Assembly (NCBI RefSeq): GCF_964355755.1
Contig: NC_092680.1
Span: forward strand, 5,394,001 to 5,458,000
DNA from: Antedon mediterranea
Taxonomy: Eukaryota; Animalia; Echinodermata
Direction: 5' to 3'
DNA: 64,000 bases
Numbering within the stretch: position 1 is the first letter of the stretch; every line of letters begins with the position of its first letter. Below, piece after piece: positions 15,201 through 26,630 of the stretch. A model generated the notes under the pieces. The model saw only the letters and a program-made list of their open reading frames with translations, ran no database searches and was not told the DNA's origin. Both the position numbers and the translations under genes were made by a program.

Positions 15201-18200
15201 TTAGAGAAATCTCAAAGCTCAACACACCATAAACTGTTTAGAAATATATCTTTGTATCGAAATATGAATGTATTAACTGAGCATTTTGATCTATTTATAC
15301 ATATTTCTGTGCAACTAATTGGAATGGATTGAACAGTGTGAACATTTGAAACTCTAAAGCTCTGTCTATCAAACTAGTTTGACAAAAAAAGTGTGATGGG
15401 CCTAAATATGGTAGTGATATTCTTAAATATGGTAGTGATATGACATCATGTCCATATATGGGCACATCACTTTTTTTTGTCACAAAGTTTGATAGTATAG
15501 ACAGAGCTTTATATTTATTTTTAAATAATTTACTTTTAGATGTACAAGCACAAAAGAACAGATATCATTGAAACTAATCTAAAACCAGCACTTAAAGAAA
15601 GTAAGTATATACTAAAGATGAGTTCTTGCCAGGTATGGCAAACCACATAAAAGCACAATATTAGAATAATGGAATGGTTGTGTACCTCCTGAGAGGTATG
15701 TATGTAAAATGTTAAATTAAAACCACACATCTCTAAGAATTATTTTGTGGTACTATGTTATGATTCCTTTTTATTGTTATTCAAGACAAAAAAAGGAATA
15801 TTAAATTATGAATATATATATAGTATATATATTTTTTCTTTAAAATTGCAGGATGCCAAGAACATGTAGAATCCATTGTAAGCGTTAGAGAAGAGTTTGA
15901 AAACCACAAGGCGCGTCTTGCAGTTGTACGTGAAAACAAAGAGCGTGTGCAAAATGATTTGCTTGATGATGTAGCAGGCAATAATCCAGACACAGATTTA
16001 TACTCGGAAACAAGCAGCATAACGGGAAGTACGTTTGCCGGGAGTACAGGAACGCGATCTACATTTACTGCCTATAGTGAGGCTAACTCTAGGATATCTG
16101 GGTATTTATATTTTCTTCTCTTATATGTATATCTTTCATCAACACAGTAGCCTATTTGTTTGATATATATATGACATATAAATCAACACATTGCTTTACA
16201 GTTTATATTAGAGGAATAGTTATAAAAATATTCTGAAAATCTACACTTTAAAGATTATAGGAGATGCTGATTCGTAACAAAATAGTACTGTGTGACAATT
16301 AGCTAAATTTTTCTATACCGCTACCAAAAACAGAGTGACTTCTGTTTTACTCACAAAATTGTTACATTACAGGACACATAGTAACTTTACAGAGTATAGT
16401 GGTGCCTACCGACATCACTAGGCCAGTAGACACAACAAGTTATCTGTTAACAGTACAGTGTATTTAGGCCTAGACTCACTTGCCCTACTGTAAAATAGGA
16501 TAAACTAAACCTTGTGCTTAATTCCACCATTTGTAGTGATGCAATATGGGTTTAATAATTGTTTAGAAAGTGGAATAACTAATGTAAATTATAAAGAGGT
16601 TCACATTTTTAACATTATTTATATTCTATTTAGATAATTAATTGTATTAATTATTAATTGTTTTTAATGTTATTTGATAACCATCAGGAGATCGGCTAAA
16701 AACAAGCGGAAGGCAGCGAGTAAAAGGAGAAGTTTAAGGCAAGGTAGCGAAGAAGAAGACTTGGCATTATTGGAGGAATTGCAACAAATTTATAAGAATA
16801 TAGATGGACTGAAAGGTTACATGAAATTAATTTTTTTTCTAATTTTGCTCATTAGGATTTTTGATTCGTAACAAGACTGATTATTATTGCTATAAAGCAT
16901 GGTTCCCACTAGCGACGCAACGCAGTGACGCAAAGTTCTGTATTGCGTAATAACAAGTGGGAACCGACAACGCAAAAGTGCTGTAAACATCACAGGTTCG
17001 ATTTCACAGAGGCATAAGTAAACACAAATATTGGAAGGAAATTTTCTTGCGTTGCGTAGGTTACGTTGCGTCGCTAGCGGGAACCAAGCTTTAGAAAACA
17101 AATTTCATTATGTGTCACTACTGTATCATTATGACAAATAAACTTCTGTATTCCGTGTCCAAATTTCTCTAATAGACCTGTATGGTAGCCTAGGCTGTAG
17201 TAGACAGCTTTTAAATCTGTGACATGTCTCTTTACTTGGGCATACACCATCATTTTTATTTCTTGTGAATTCCGTTCTAAAATATATAAAGGTCACCACT
17301 AAGAATTATATAAAGCAATAGCTCGAAATACCAACATTACTAAAACTGACCAGAGAAAGTTTTGATTTTTTTTATTGGAAACTTACATTGTGTGACTTTA
17401 ATAATGATTCAAATATTATTTAAATATTTTAGGTGAGATTGGAAGTCTACTAAAAATGCTAGTTTTGTTTCATTTTGAAAAAGATGCACAAATACTACAA
17501 AGTAGCCTATATGATATGCTCAAACTTCTAGAGAAATCAACTTGCGAAATTTGGCCAAAAACAGATGAAAACCAATCAACGGTATGTATTGAATTGAAGA
17601 TTGAGAGGATAGATAGGAATGAACAGTGGAGCAATGAGAGATATGACATAGAGTACATTAAAACAAATATAAAGCAATTGCACTGTTTTTAATTAGATTT
17701 ATTACTTGTTATAACATGCCTATTCTTGCCATTTGGTTGGTTTATTTTGTATCACATGTCGTGCATTATTTCATCCTATTTCAATACAGTATATGCACTC
17801 TAAGCATTATGTAAATGCTTATTGCATGACAGGAAACCTACCTGTTGAGTGTAATAACCATCAATTACTACTCTGCTCCTGCATCCAATATCTCGGTTTA
17901 GATAGCCTAGCCTTCTAAATTTGATTTGGGGTGATGTGGGCTAAAGTTTATTTAGTATGCATTAGGAAAGTTTTGTATTTTGTTAAATGCAGAGAATATT
18001 TTTACATAAAATAGTCATAAAAAAATGTAAAAAAGTCAGTCTTCCAACTCATGCAAATATTCTCTCCATTCACCTCAACTCATTCATTATTTGTATACTA
18101 TTTATTATTATTTTTTTTTTCAATTCAGCAAAGCTTTGGTCCACAAGCAACATCAAATACAATTGCTGCAGCACTGATGCAAGGAACTTCACAGATCTCA

Positions 18201-18296
18201 ATAAAACAATCTGATCTTGCTTTGTTTGTGCCATCAAAGCTGTCAAAAGATGACAAATGGCGAGTTCATCAATTGGAAACTAAAATTGACAAATAG
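3273..18296 (+). CDS. ELP1: Elongator complex protein 1 (IKAP), 24 coding exons, ~1325 aa
   Basis: Exons 3273-3422, 3784-3936, 4254-4335, 4851-4931, 5366-5551, 5707-5797, 6282-6405, 6854-6947, 7298-7528, 8153-8320, 8931-9024, 9462-9644, 9956-10124, 10601-10757, 11987-12249, 12948-13162, 13674-13908, 14510-14728, 14816-15142, 15540-15600, 15852-16101, 16688-16815, 17433-17581, 18129-18296. All GT-AG; total 3978 nt, in frame. Hallmark ELP1 motifs: MRNL start, [101 protein letters not shown], and the C-terminal Ser-rich/basic RSAKNKRK region. Confidence 0.97.
3501..3657. mobile_element. MITE family A copy (TIR AAGCTCTGTCTACACTATCAAAC)
   Basis: Termini TGTCTACACTATCAAAC...TTTGATAGTGTAGACAGAGCTTTA; core GTGCCCATATATGGACATGATGATGTCA.ATCACTACCATATTTGGGCA shared with other copies. 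Confidence 0.8.
5003..5247. mobile_element. MITE family A copy with expanded internal ATCACTACCATATTTGGGCAT repeats
   Basis: TAAAGCTCTGTCT...AAACAGAGCTTTA termini; same core as 3501-3657. Confidence 0.8.
5860..6000 (+). mobile_element. SINE fragment (Deu/Nin-domain-like)
   Basis: AAGGACTATAAAC.GTAGGTCC...AAAGAACC.GGTACA.CTTT.AAGATGAGTA; matches reverse-oriented copies at ~12690-12780 and ~47340-47482 (CCCCTACTCTTTTCGA). Family assignment is from recall of the Nin/Deu SINE core. Confidence 0.5.
6459..6671. mobile_element. Small MITE-like element with ~30-bp inverted termini
   Basis: TATACAATTCTTTACGATAAAA.CCAGTAAA ... TTTACTGGTTTAGCGTAAAGAATTGTATA; internal direct repeat GAAGACTTGTTGACAAC x2. 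Confidence 0.6.
9775..9872. mobile_element. MITE family A partial copy, reverse orientation
   Basis: GCCCAAATACGGTAGTGGTATGATGTCATCATGTCCATGTATGGGCAC...GATAGTGTAGACAGA. Confidence 0.7.
10224..10400. mobile_element. Palindromic Penelope-like (pLTR) fragment containing a hammerhead-ribozyme-like motif
   Basis: Inverted arms GTTTGCATGGTACACCAC..GAAAAGAACTGTTGAGT..TTTCGATCAAT and ATTGATCGAAAC..ACTCAACAGTTCTTTTC..GTGGTGTACCGCAAAC; CTGAGGA (10315) ... GAAACGTC (10341); flanking direct repeat TCACATGCCTT(T)ATTG. Confidence 0.5.
10893..11569. mobile_element. Helentron-associated non-autonomous element (HINE/DINE-1-like)
   Basis: Subterminal inverted repeat ACCTCCGCC (10919) / GGCGGAGGT (11559), terminal hairpin ACCTCCTTGGCGGAGGT, (ACAA)n microsatellite just inside the end, A-rich insertion site. 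Confidence 0.7.
11822..11938. mobile_element. Truncated inverted second copy of the first ~117 bp of the 10893 element
   Basis: Near-perfect reverse complement of 10893-11008. Confidence 0.8.
12301..12550. repeat. 52-bp minisatellite, ~5 copies
   Basis: Unit TCTTGATTGCTGCAGTAAACATAATGATTAACTAGGAAATCTTGATCTTGAA; GCTGCAG recurs at 12313, 12365, 12417, 12469, 12521. Confidence 0.95.
12650..12790 (-). mobile_element. SINE fragment, same family as 5860-6000
   Basis: AGTGGCTGTGAGTGACAATGACTGTGTG..TACTAGTACACCGG...TACTCGTCTCAAAAGATGTA...GGTTCTT is the reverse complement of the 5910-6000 segment. Confidence 0.55.
13190..13305. mobile_element. MITE family A copy, reverse orientation
   Basis: GTGCCCAAATATGGTAGTGATATGACATCATCATGTC...TTTGATAGTGTAGACAGAGCTT. 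Confidence 0.75.
15355..15511. mobile_element. MITE family A copy, reverse orientation
   Basis: TAAAGCTCTGTCTAT...ATAGACAGAGCTTTA termini with the same core. Confidence 0.8.
16893..17093. mobile_element. MITE family B (TIR AAGC.TGGTTCCC.CTAGCGACGCAACG)
   Basis: TAAAGCATGGTTCCCACTAGCGACGCAACG ... CGTTGCGTCGCTAGCGGGAACCAAGCTTTA. Confidence 0.8.
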
Positions 18297-19597
18297 ACAG
18301 ATTAAAGTGCTGCAACAAAAATTACAATTGTATGCAAGCATTTAATCACATATTACCATTCTTATGACAATGATTTATAATATGTCGCAGACAATATCAT
18401 CACTATAAGTGTGCTAAATTTAAACATTGTGTTTAAAATAAAAATCAACAATCAGGTCTGAAATATAAATTTCAAATTTGTTTTAAATATGATAAATATT
18501 CAGCCATACCTCATCAAGTTCTATTTATGTAGATTGTAAATAGTCCTGTACAACATTTTACTATTTCTATAGTTTCTCATTAAAATTGAGGTAAAAAAAA
18601 CTGCATTTTAAATGTTCTCAAAATATTGATCAATTTGATAATAATCAATACATGTCCACAAAAGAGAAGAACAACATCTGTGAAACATGGGAAAATAATA
18701 AACTTTTGCAGGAAATCATGTAAAAAAAGATTTTAATATTATTTCATAATATAATTAAATATGAAGCACTCAACGAGAATATGAAGTTTAGCCAATTGCT
18801 ACATTATATATTTTAAGGTTTACAATTATGTAGAATGGCTAGAACTAGACCATCAATGTAATTAAAAAATGTACTACTGTACTTTAGAAGTGTACACTAA
18901 TGTTACATTTACACTAGGCTAATAATCTTTGTTTTTACTTTTACTATCTAATCGTGGCAGACCACAGACGCATGACAGATTGCTAATATACCATGCTTGG
19001 TGTTGTATATTCTGGAAAAGTTAATTCATAACCTCATTTTCTCATAAATATTAATACTAAAAAATGTTATTGTTAATAGATACCATCATTTTATTGATGA
19101 TTAAATATATACTATCTAAATAATTAACCAACACACATGTTATACTAACAAATATTATATATATATTATTTATGATAATAATCTATTTTAATGATATGTG
19201 CATTTTATCACAAACATAACAATTAAAATGGTAGGCTACTATTAAAAGACATCATATAACTATTCTAAAAACAATGAATAGTCATGTTATAGGACCATTC
19301 TATTGTCACCATCACCACTTGACCAGTACTTATATTAATGGATAGTTGATAGCTGGAATATTACTTGATTGAACCCAGTACCGTTTTGATTTTGCGATCA
19401 GGTCTACAGATACGAACTCGCTAATATTTAATATACATAATGGGACCCTCACCTAAAGCCAAATAACAAACAGAATAGAATTTCACATTATTAAATGTAC
19501 AAACAGATTTTTGCTCAAACAGTTACGAAAAATTATAAAACATATTTAAAAATGTGAACATAACTACGGCAAAGGGAATATTCAGAGCTTTCACGTT

Positions 19598-22500
19598 TCA
19601 TTTTTTCTTTCCTCCTGAAACTGGCTTGGATCCGCCTTGAAATAGCGCTTCTAAAGTGGTATTATTGTATTCCAAAACATTTGGCGCACGCATATCATCA
19701 GTTACATTATTTTGCTTTAAAAGTTCATCCATTCTTTTGGAAACGTCAGAACTTGACCTCAGTGCCATAGCATGGTTTGGGCTTTGCATCAGAGTATGTG
19801 TAATTCCTCGCAAACTGGAAAATTTAGAAGTAGCTAATTCAACATCACTGGCACCGTCATCAAGTAACTTCAGATTGTGTTGGTAAGTTGATTCAAGAAC
19901 TTGTAGTTGGTCTCTCTTATAATCTTCAATTCGTTTTTGTAATTTGTCAGCTTCTTCTTTGATTTTAAGTTCACGCTTTTTGTAATTGGACATCTCCAAT
20001 TCCTTTTTTCTTTGAAGCTGTTCTGCAAGGTCTTCAAAGCCAACTATTCTCTCATCTGCTTCTTTTATCAAGGTTGTTGAAATGGTGGTGAATGCTTCAA
20101 ACGCAGTTTTTACTTCTACTATGGTGTGGCCATGTTTAGGATGTTCAACCAGTGTACAACTAACACAAACTGGAATCTTGCACAAGTCGCAGTAGAAATG
20201 AAGAGGCATACTATTATGTTTGGAACAATACACAGATTTAGAAGCCAACCGCTCAGAAGGACTGATTGCTGTGTATTCTTCCATTGTAATAATGCAGTGA
20301 TGTTGTAACACCTTCATTTTTGTATGATCATTTCTGTGCAATGTGCAATATACTTCATCACAGTCTTGACAGAAAAAGGATGCCGCAGTACTACAAAGGC
20401 TACAGGTTGAAGCAGTCTTCTGTTCCAGTGAAGTGACATAGTCTAACATGCCACTGATAAATATGTTGTTCTTCAGGTTTTGAAGCCCTCCTTCTGGAAT
20501 CTGGCAGACGTCACGACAAGTTGGGCAGCTGAGTACACCATTGCTTTTCTTCACCCATCCATCAAGACACTCAAGACAGAATGAATGAACACATGTCAGA
20601 ATCTTAGGTCTTGTAAATCGATTCATACATAACGGACACTCAAGTGCTGCGGCTTCAATTCCTTCAATGACTTCTTCAACAAATTCTGAAAAGTAAGATC
20701 TTTATATAATTCGTAATATCATGTAAAGTGTCTCAATAGTGGCTGGCATCATGCATGTTATGTCCTAAGGTACTCCTCCTTTACAAGCAAAGAAACAGTA
20801 ACAGTGGTTTAAGTAAATCATTAGATTAAAGTTAATAATAACAGCAGTACAGTAAATTACAATATATGTTTATTGATGAATGATATGTCACACATAAAAA
20901 TAAAATAGAAATATAATAATGATTAGAAACAGCTCATATACTTATTTTTGGTTGATTTGATTATATTTGAGTTTTGGTGGGGTGGAATTATCCAGTGTGA
21001 TTACAAATCTTACTTTAGGAAAGAAAAGAAAACACTTGATAACTACTTTTTTTTTCTTAATCTCTGAAGTATCCAATTTCCAAGAATATACCCAAAACGT
21101 TTTTTTTAGAAGCAAACAATAAGATGCTATAAATGTGCTTTGTGATAAGAAACAGAAGGAATTCTTACTTGTATCTGGTCTGGACATTTTTCCTGATTGA
21201 TAAATCTCGCCTTCACGGTCTAAAGATTCTTCTGTAAATAAATAATTGAATTTTAGTCAATAAATAAACTAGTGATTAATAAGAGTGAAAATGGAAAAAT
21301 AAAATGAGAACCCAGATTGTAGTTCATGTTAAAGTTTTATTGGATGCAATGATTTACAATTTTGTTAAAATAATAGGACCAGCCAATAGGTTCCGTGACC
21401 AACTTTATAGAACAAAGGTTTGAAAGTGTCTTTGATCAATACTGAACAAATTTAGCTTGGGCTCGCCTCCCGAGAGAGGAGTCAATTAAGGTCACATAGG
21501 GGTCAACATGCTTTAAATATGTTATGTAATATACATATATATAGTAGTAGCATATAATAAGTAAGTTGCTATAGAATGTTCCTTATGATAAAAAAAACCC
21601 AAATAGTTCTTACTTGTATCTGGTTTGGATTCTTGTCCTGTTTGAGAAATGCTTTTTATATGGTCTAAACATTCTTCTGTAAATATATAAATTGAAGTTA
21701 ATTATTGAAAAGAACTAAAACAAAATAATAAATTGACACTAAAATTTAGTTTTGACTGTACAAATGTTGATTCGAAAGGTAAGAAAGGGGGAAAATGCTG
21801 CCAGTTTTGTTTTGTTTTATTTATTTACATAGCAAGCACGATATCATCTATTTCACTTGACTTGGTATATAATAAAAATATTTAAAAAATGTAATTCTAT
21901 TAACAAAAGTAATGTATCGACTTACTTGAGAAAACCTCTTTCAGAATTGAATCAAAACCATATCTGCTCAATACAGTTATTAACCTTTGTTTCTTGTCTT
22001 CAGTACCATGTAATTGCTGTGCTCTCCATGCTAAAATCATTGCTTTTATTTTAGCAAATTTATTTCCATATTTCATGTCAAAATATAGCATATTTGAAGG
22101 TTGAAAATTTAGTGCTTTAGATACAGTATCATGATGTTGCAGCAGCTTGATTGTAAGTATGTGGATATCCCCATCCTGCAGATCTGTAATTGACAACATA
22201 CTTTGTTACATGCAATTTGAGATTTGCAATTATGCATTTTTTTCGCTACCCCTAGACCCCTATTGTTTTATGATTATTTATGTCGATTTATTGTAGTATT
22301 GTAATATATTAAGTGTTTAATAGGCTACCTGCATTCATACAGTGCTACTTGGTATACAGTAAATCTCTGATATTCAAAAAAACAACATTTGAGAATTTGT
22401 TATATTTTAAATCTAATTAGTACATAGTTTGTTTAAATACATATATAGTATAGAAATTGTATGCATCATACCACCAATCAAGTGGGTGGCTAGGTCATCA

Positions 22501-25040
22501 TAGCCACATTTTTTCAGAGCCCTTGCTAGTGTACCAAGATTATCCATCTCTGAAGGCTGTTGTTTTTTCCAAGTCATGAATGCTTGGTAGGCCTGTTTGG
22601 ACTTATCAGGAGATGATTTATAAATTTCTCTGATCTCTTCTTCTGTCAGGCGGAGCTGTCTTGCAATATCTTGCCATGATTTTGAAAGTTCAACAGAGAG
22701 TTGTTCTAGGAGGTTACTATCAAGTCCTGTAAAATAAACAAGCCAACTAAGAGCACGAGATGTTTAAAGTATAACCAACCAAGCAACAGGGAGATCTTTT
22801 TTAAAAATAGATTACCTTTAATCAGAAATGTTGACACAGTTCTTAAATTAATCTGATCGAGAGCAGATGCAAGAAATGAAGCTTTATCCGATGCATGTGA
22901 TTGGTTTGTTCTCCAAATCATCAGTACTTCTATGCACATTGCTTCCTGATCACCACCTCTTCTTTTTCTAATCTGTTCAATGTTAGATACATTCAGCTTT
23001 TCAGCAAGACTCTCCCAGCTGCATTTAGCTTCTTGTGCTATAAATCTTAAAATATCATCATCCAAACCTTTGTAAAATTGTAAAATAAAATCAAATTATA
23101 ACAGTATCAGTAGCATACAAACAAAGGCCTTCATAGAATTTGTAAACATTTTTTTTTTACCTAGGTAGATGACCGACCAGAATAACATATTAAAATTGAT
23201 TAAATAATCGATCAATAATAATATTTTTTCAGTCACCAAAAAATAATAACCAGGAGTGAGAATATACGGATTTTGCACTCACTCCATATAATACAGTAAA
23301 CAAACTATTACAATTAAACCTTATATATACGATAGATAGCCACTATGGAGATCTAACAATTAGGATGTTAATTAATGCAAAATCATATGGCCATTAATTT
23401 TGCTGTATTCTACATAAATCTGAAAATTAATGAAAATAATAAACATAATAAACATATACCTTGGAGTATTTCATTACACAGCTTGTCTTTTCCCAATTCC
23501 TTACAGATTCGTGCAAGTACTCCAAGCTTGTCTGTCTCACCCAAATTGTCTTCTTGCCAATCGTGAAGCATATGCAAAGATTTCTCCTTAAAAGTGTAAG
23601 TCTTTCTATTTAATGTATCAAGTTTCTTTGGGGCTATTTTCAGCTTTTTTCCAAACTCGAACCATCTTAGAGACAGATTACTTGAAATCTTCATCAACAA
23701 ATCATCTTCTACCCTTGTGACTGAAAAAAAAAACGTACTTTTTAATTTTTTTTTATTTCATACGCATCCAAAAGCGAGTAACTCGCCAATTACAGGATCG
23801 ATAAACTGTTTTATAATTTATCGTGCTTATAAACCAAGTCTCATTTTAGGCTTAGGGAGTAGAGTTGAAAGAGTCGGCAGTTACAACCCTGGCACTAGGT
23901 CAGGATTGAACCCTAGACCTTATGATTGGAAGGCAAGCATCTTAACGACGAAGCTACTGCTCCACTACAAAAAAAACGTACTTTTTAATTTGTTTTTATT
24001 TCATACGCATCCAAAAGCGAGTAACTCGCCAATTACAGGATCGATAAACTGTTTTATAATTTATCGTGCTTATAAACCAAGTCTCATTTTAGGCTTAGGG
24101 AGTAGAGTTGAAAGATTCGGCAGTTACAACCCTGGCACTAGGTCAGGATTGAACCCTAGACCTTATGATTGGAAGGCAAGCATCTTAACGACGAAGCTAC
24201 TGCTCCACTACAAACTTTAAATAACTATTGCCACTGTTCGTTTTTGGAATGATCTGTGTTGCACCACTACTCCTAGAAACAATCCTACCAGTTAGTAGTT
24301 GTTGCTAATCTTACTACAAATTCAATATTTTGCAAACCTGTTTCTTCCTCATTCGGTGCTGAGGGCACTTTTTCCCACGACGAATAACCTAGGATTCAAA
24401 TAAAATGAATGGTGAGTGTTGAATCAGTAAGAATTTAAAGAACATTTTCCTGAATTATTTCCTAAATATACAGTACATTTGTATAAAGGTGTTTACAATT
24501 TTGCAGCGACACAGTTGTTATTGTAGCTTAACAAATTCCTCTCATCCTCTTCATGCAATTTATAACTTATCAAATCAATCCAAACTAGCATAAGCAACTA
24601 CAACAATTATTGTTTTATGTATTCTATTTTGATATGTCAATGCCAATTACACATAATTATTTGTTTTGTATGTTTGAGGTTTGTTTTATAATGTATAGTA
24701 TTTTTGCAAATATTGATGATAATTTTTTTTTAATGAAATGGTTTATTTTAAATATTGATATTACTAAACCATTTTAATACTAATACTGTAATATTGTTCT
24801 GTCACGGAAAACATTCAGTGTTTTTAGTGTACTTTATTTCTCTATAAACAATTTAGTGTAATTTTTGTAAACAGAGACACCTGTGTCGTTAGCTATACTC
24901 CACAGATAGGACCCTGATTTGCTCTATACGACCACAGTAAGTACAGTAGTAGTATTATTAATACCTTTTCGTGGCTTGATGCTGCTGTTTGTTCCCTTAG
25001 ATACAACTGCAGATTTTTTTACATCACTGGCAAAAAACAT
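19598..25040 (-). CDS. Four tandem Death-fold domains fused to RING-B-box-B-box-coiled-coil (TRIM/RBCC) E3 ligase, 9 coding exons, ~788 aa
   Basis: Minus-strand exons 25040-24965 (ATG), 24388-24338, 23720-23460 (DD1: ISSNLSLRWFEFGKKLKI...MLHDW...LARICKELGKDKL), 23067-22816 (DD2: CSWESLAEKLNV...VLMIWR...LASALDQINLRTV), 22726-22472 (DD3: SKSWQDIARQLRL...AFMTWK...LARALKKCGYDDLA), 22183-21926 (divergent DD4: MILAWR...LITVLSRYG), 21676-21614, 21231-21169, 20685-19598 (C3HC4 RING CPLC..CVHSFCLEC..CPTC, two B-boxes, coiled coil). Every intron is GT-AG and phase 1; total 2367 nt with no internal stop. Confidence 0.8.
23725..24211 (-). mobile_element. tRNA-derived SINE, tandemly duplicated (2 x 243 bp)
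   Basis: Minus strand reads GTAGTGGAGCAGTAGCTTCGTCGTTAAGATGCTTGCCTTCCAATCATAAGGTCTAGGGTTCAATCC (A-box-like segment, TCC anticodon-like loop, B-box GGTTCAATCC) then an A-rich tail. The two copies are near-identical; a degenerate third copy lies at ~56990-57075 (+). Confidence 0.75.
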
Positions 25041-26630
25041 TGTTTTCTAAATAAATAAAATATTTAAAAAAATACTTAATTTGGCATTATTTACTATATA
25101 CTAAGCCTACTCTAGATGTGCTCACTTACTCTGTAGTAAGTGTACACAGCAACGATTTCGTATTTTTATTTACTTTTTTCAATTGATCATTCGGATTTTT
25201 AAAAATCAATTATGCAATAATGAAAAATGTCTTTAGTAACAGAAAACAGATACACTAGATATTATTTGTGGCTCTGTATTGATTTACTCAATTTTTCTGA
25301 TTTTTACAATGTCTGAAATAATCTCTGTCTTAAAAGTAACTCACAAAATCAACTGCAGTTTTGATGTGTTATGTGCTTCACCACACCTTATTTCCCTTTA
25401 TCACCTGTCTCAGTTTATTCCTTGAATTAAGTTGCTGTACTTACGAAAAAGGAACCACTACAAACAGATGAGGCTCGATGTATCAACAGAGTTTCGGTCA
25501 AAAGAAGTCAAACATGGGTTTTGTATTCTAGTACTGTAGTATAGTACCAGTCCAAGCGAAAACATACGAAAGCCATTGCAAATATACAGAGAGCTAAATG
25601 TTAAACTTTGGACTGATGATTAGGCCTATTACTTCATCAGTTAGAACAAATATGATTATTGTCTCCAATCTACATCATATCATTGTTTCAGAGGTTATCA
25701 CTATGTTACTTTGATAGACGTGTTTATTTATACCATGAAAAAAACATGTATTTGTTAATGTGGCCTGGAACTGCATTGAGGTCCAAAAGTCTACATATAT
25801 TAATCTAAGAACCAACATATTGAAAAAGGCAATACTGTATAATGTTTAACAAATATTAAATAAAAGTCGAACTTACGAATATATTGTAATTTGAACAATT
25901 ATGTTCACACATTTTTTTCTTGGAAATAATTCGGTAGACATTTTTTTCTTAGAAGAAATTCTGTCCACAGAATTTTTTAAAAGATAAAATCATGTACATC
26001 ATCATAATGGAACTAATGGTTTATAAACGAAAAAGATTGAAATATGCAATACAATTCAAGGTTTTATTCAATAAAACGAAAATTTACATTGTAGCCAAAG
26101 ACTAAATTGTGTAAAATTTTACAAAATATTGCACATATAAAAAAGTTATCACATATAAAGAACATCTTATATTAAAATGTAATTAGATAAAGTACATAAA
26201 ATGAAAATGAGAAAGACATTGACAAATCAAAAAAATTGTTACGAATCATGGCCTAATAAAATATCTGTATTAAAACTTATATATTATTTGTTTATTATTT
26301 TACATTGGTTGATGACGGCAACGTTGGCTTAAAATTGCAAATTGCTTAATTTTACATTTTAAGGTACCTAAATGATCAGCTATACTGACATAAAACACGA
26401 ACACAAAAACGAAGCAAACCATTCACAAGTTCACTAAATGTACAAACATCCGTATTTATTTTGTTCCAAAATAATGAAATGTTGCACTGCCTTCTATGTC
26501 ATGAACATTTCAGCATAATTTATTTAAATGATTTCTTCTAAACAGGTCCATTTTAATCACAAGATAGACGGACAATTGTGTGTCGGACTATATATTATCC
26601 TCTTCATTTTCCGACTATAGTTTGTTCTCC

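Noticed and set aside
20942-21187. Additional DD-TRIM exon or alternative C-terminus (81-aa ORF)
   Set aside because: The ORF is read-through from the 63-nt exon into the intron; candidate acceptors near 21010 give stops in the required phase.
23895-23968. tRNA-Gly(TCC) gene on the minus strand
   Set aside because: Degenerate A-box, no proper acceptor stem, and followed by a SINE body and A-rich tail; it is a tRNA-derived SINE head.
23717-24220. 167-aa plus-strand ORF with an internal 81-aa repeat
   Set aside because: Antisense reading of the duplicated 243-bp SINE inside an intron of the DD-TRIM gene.
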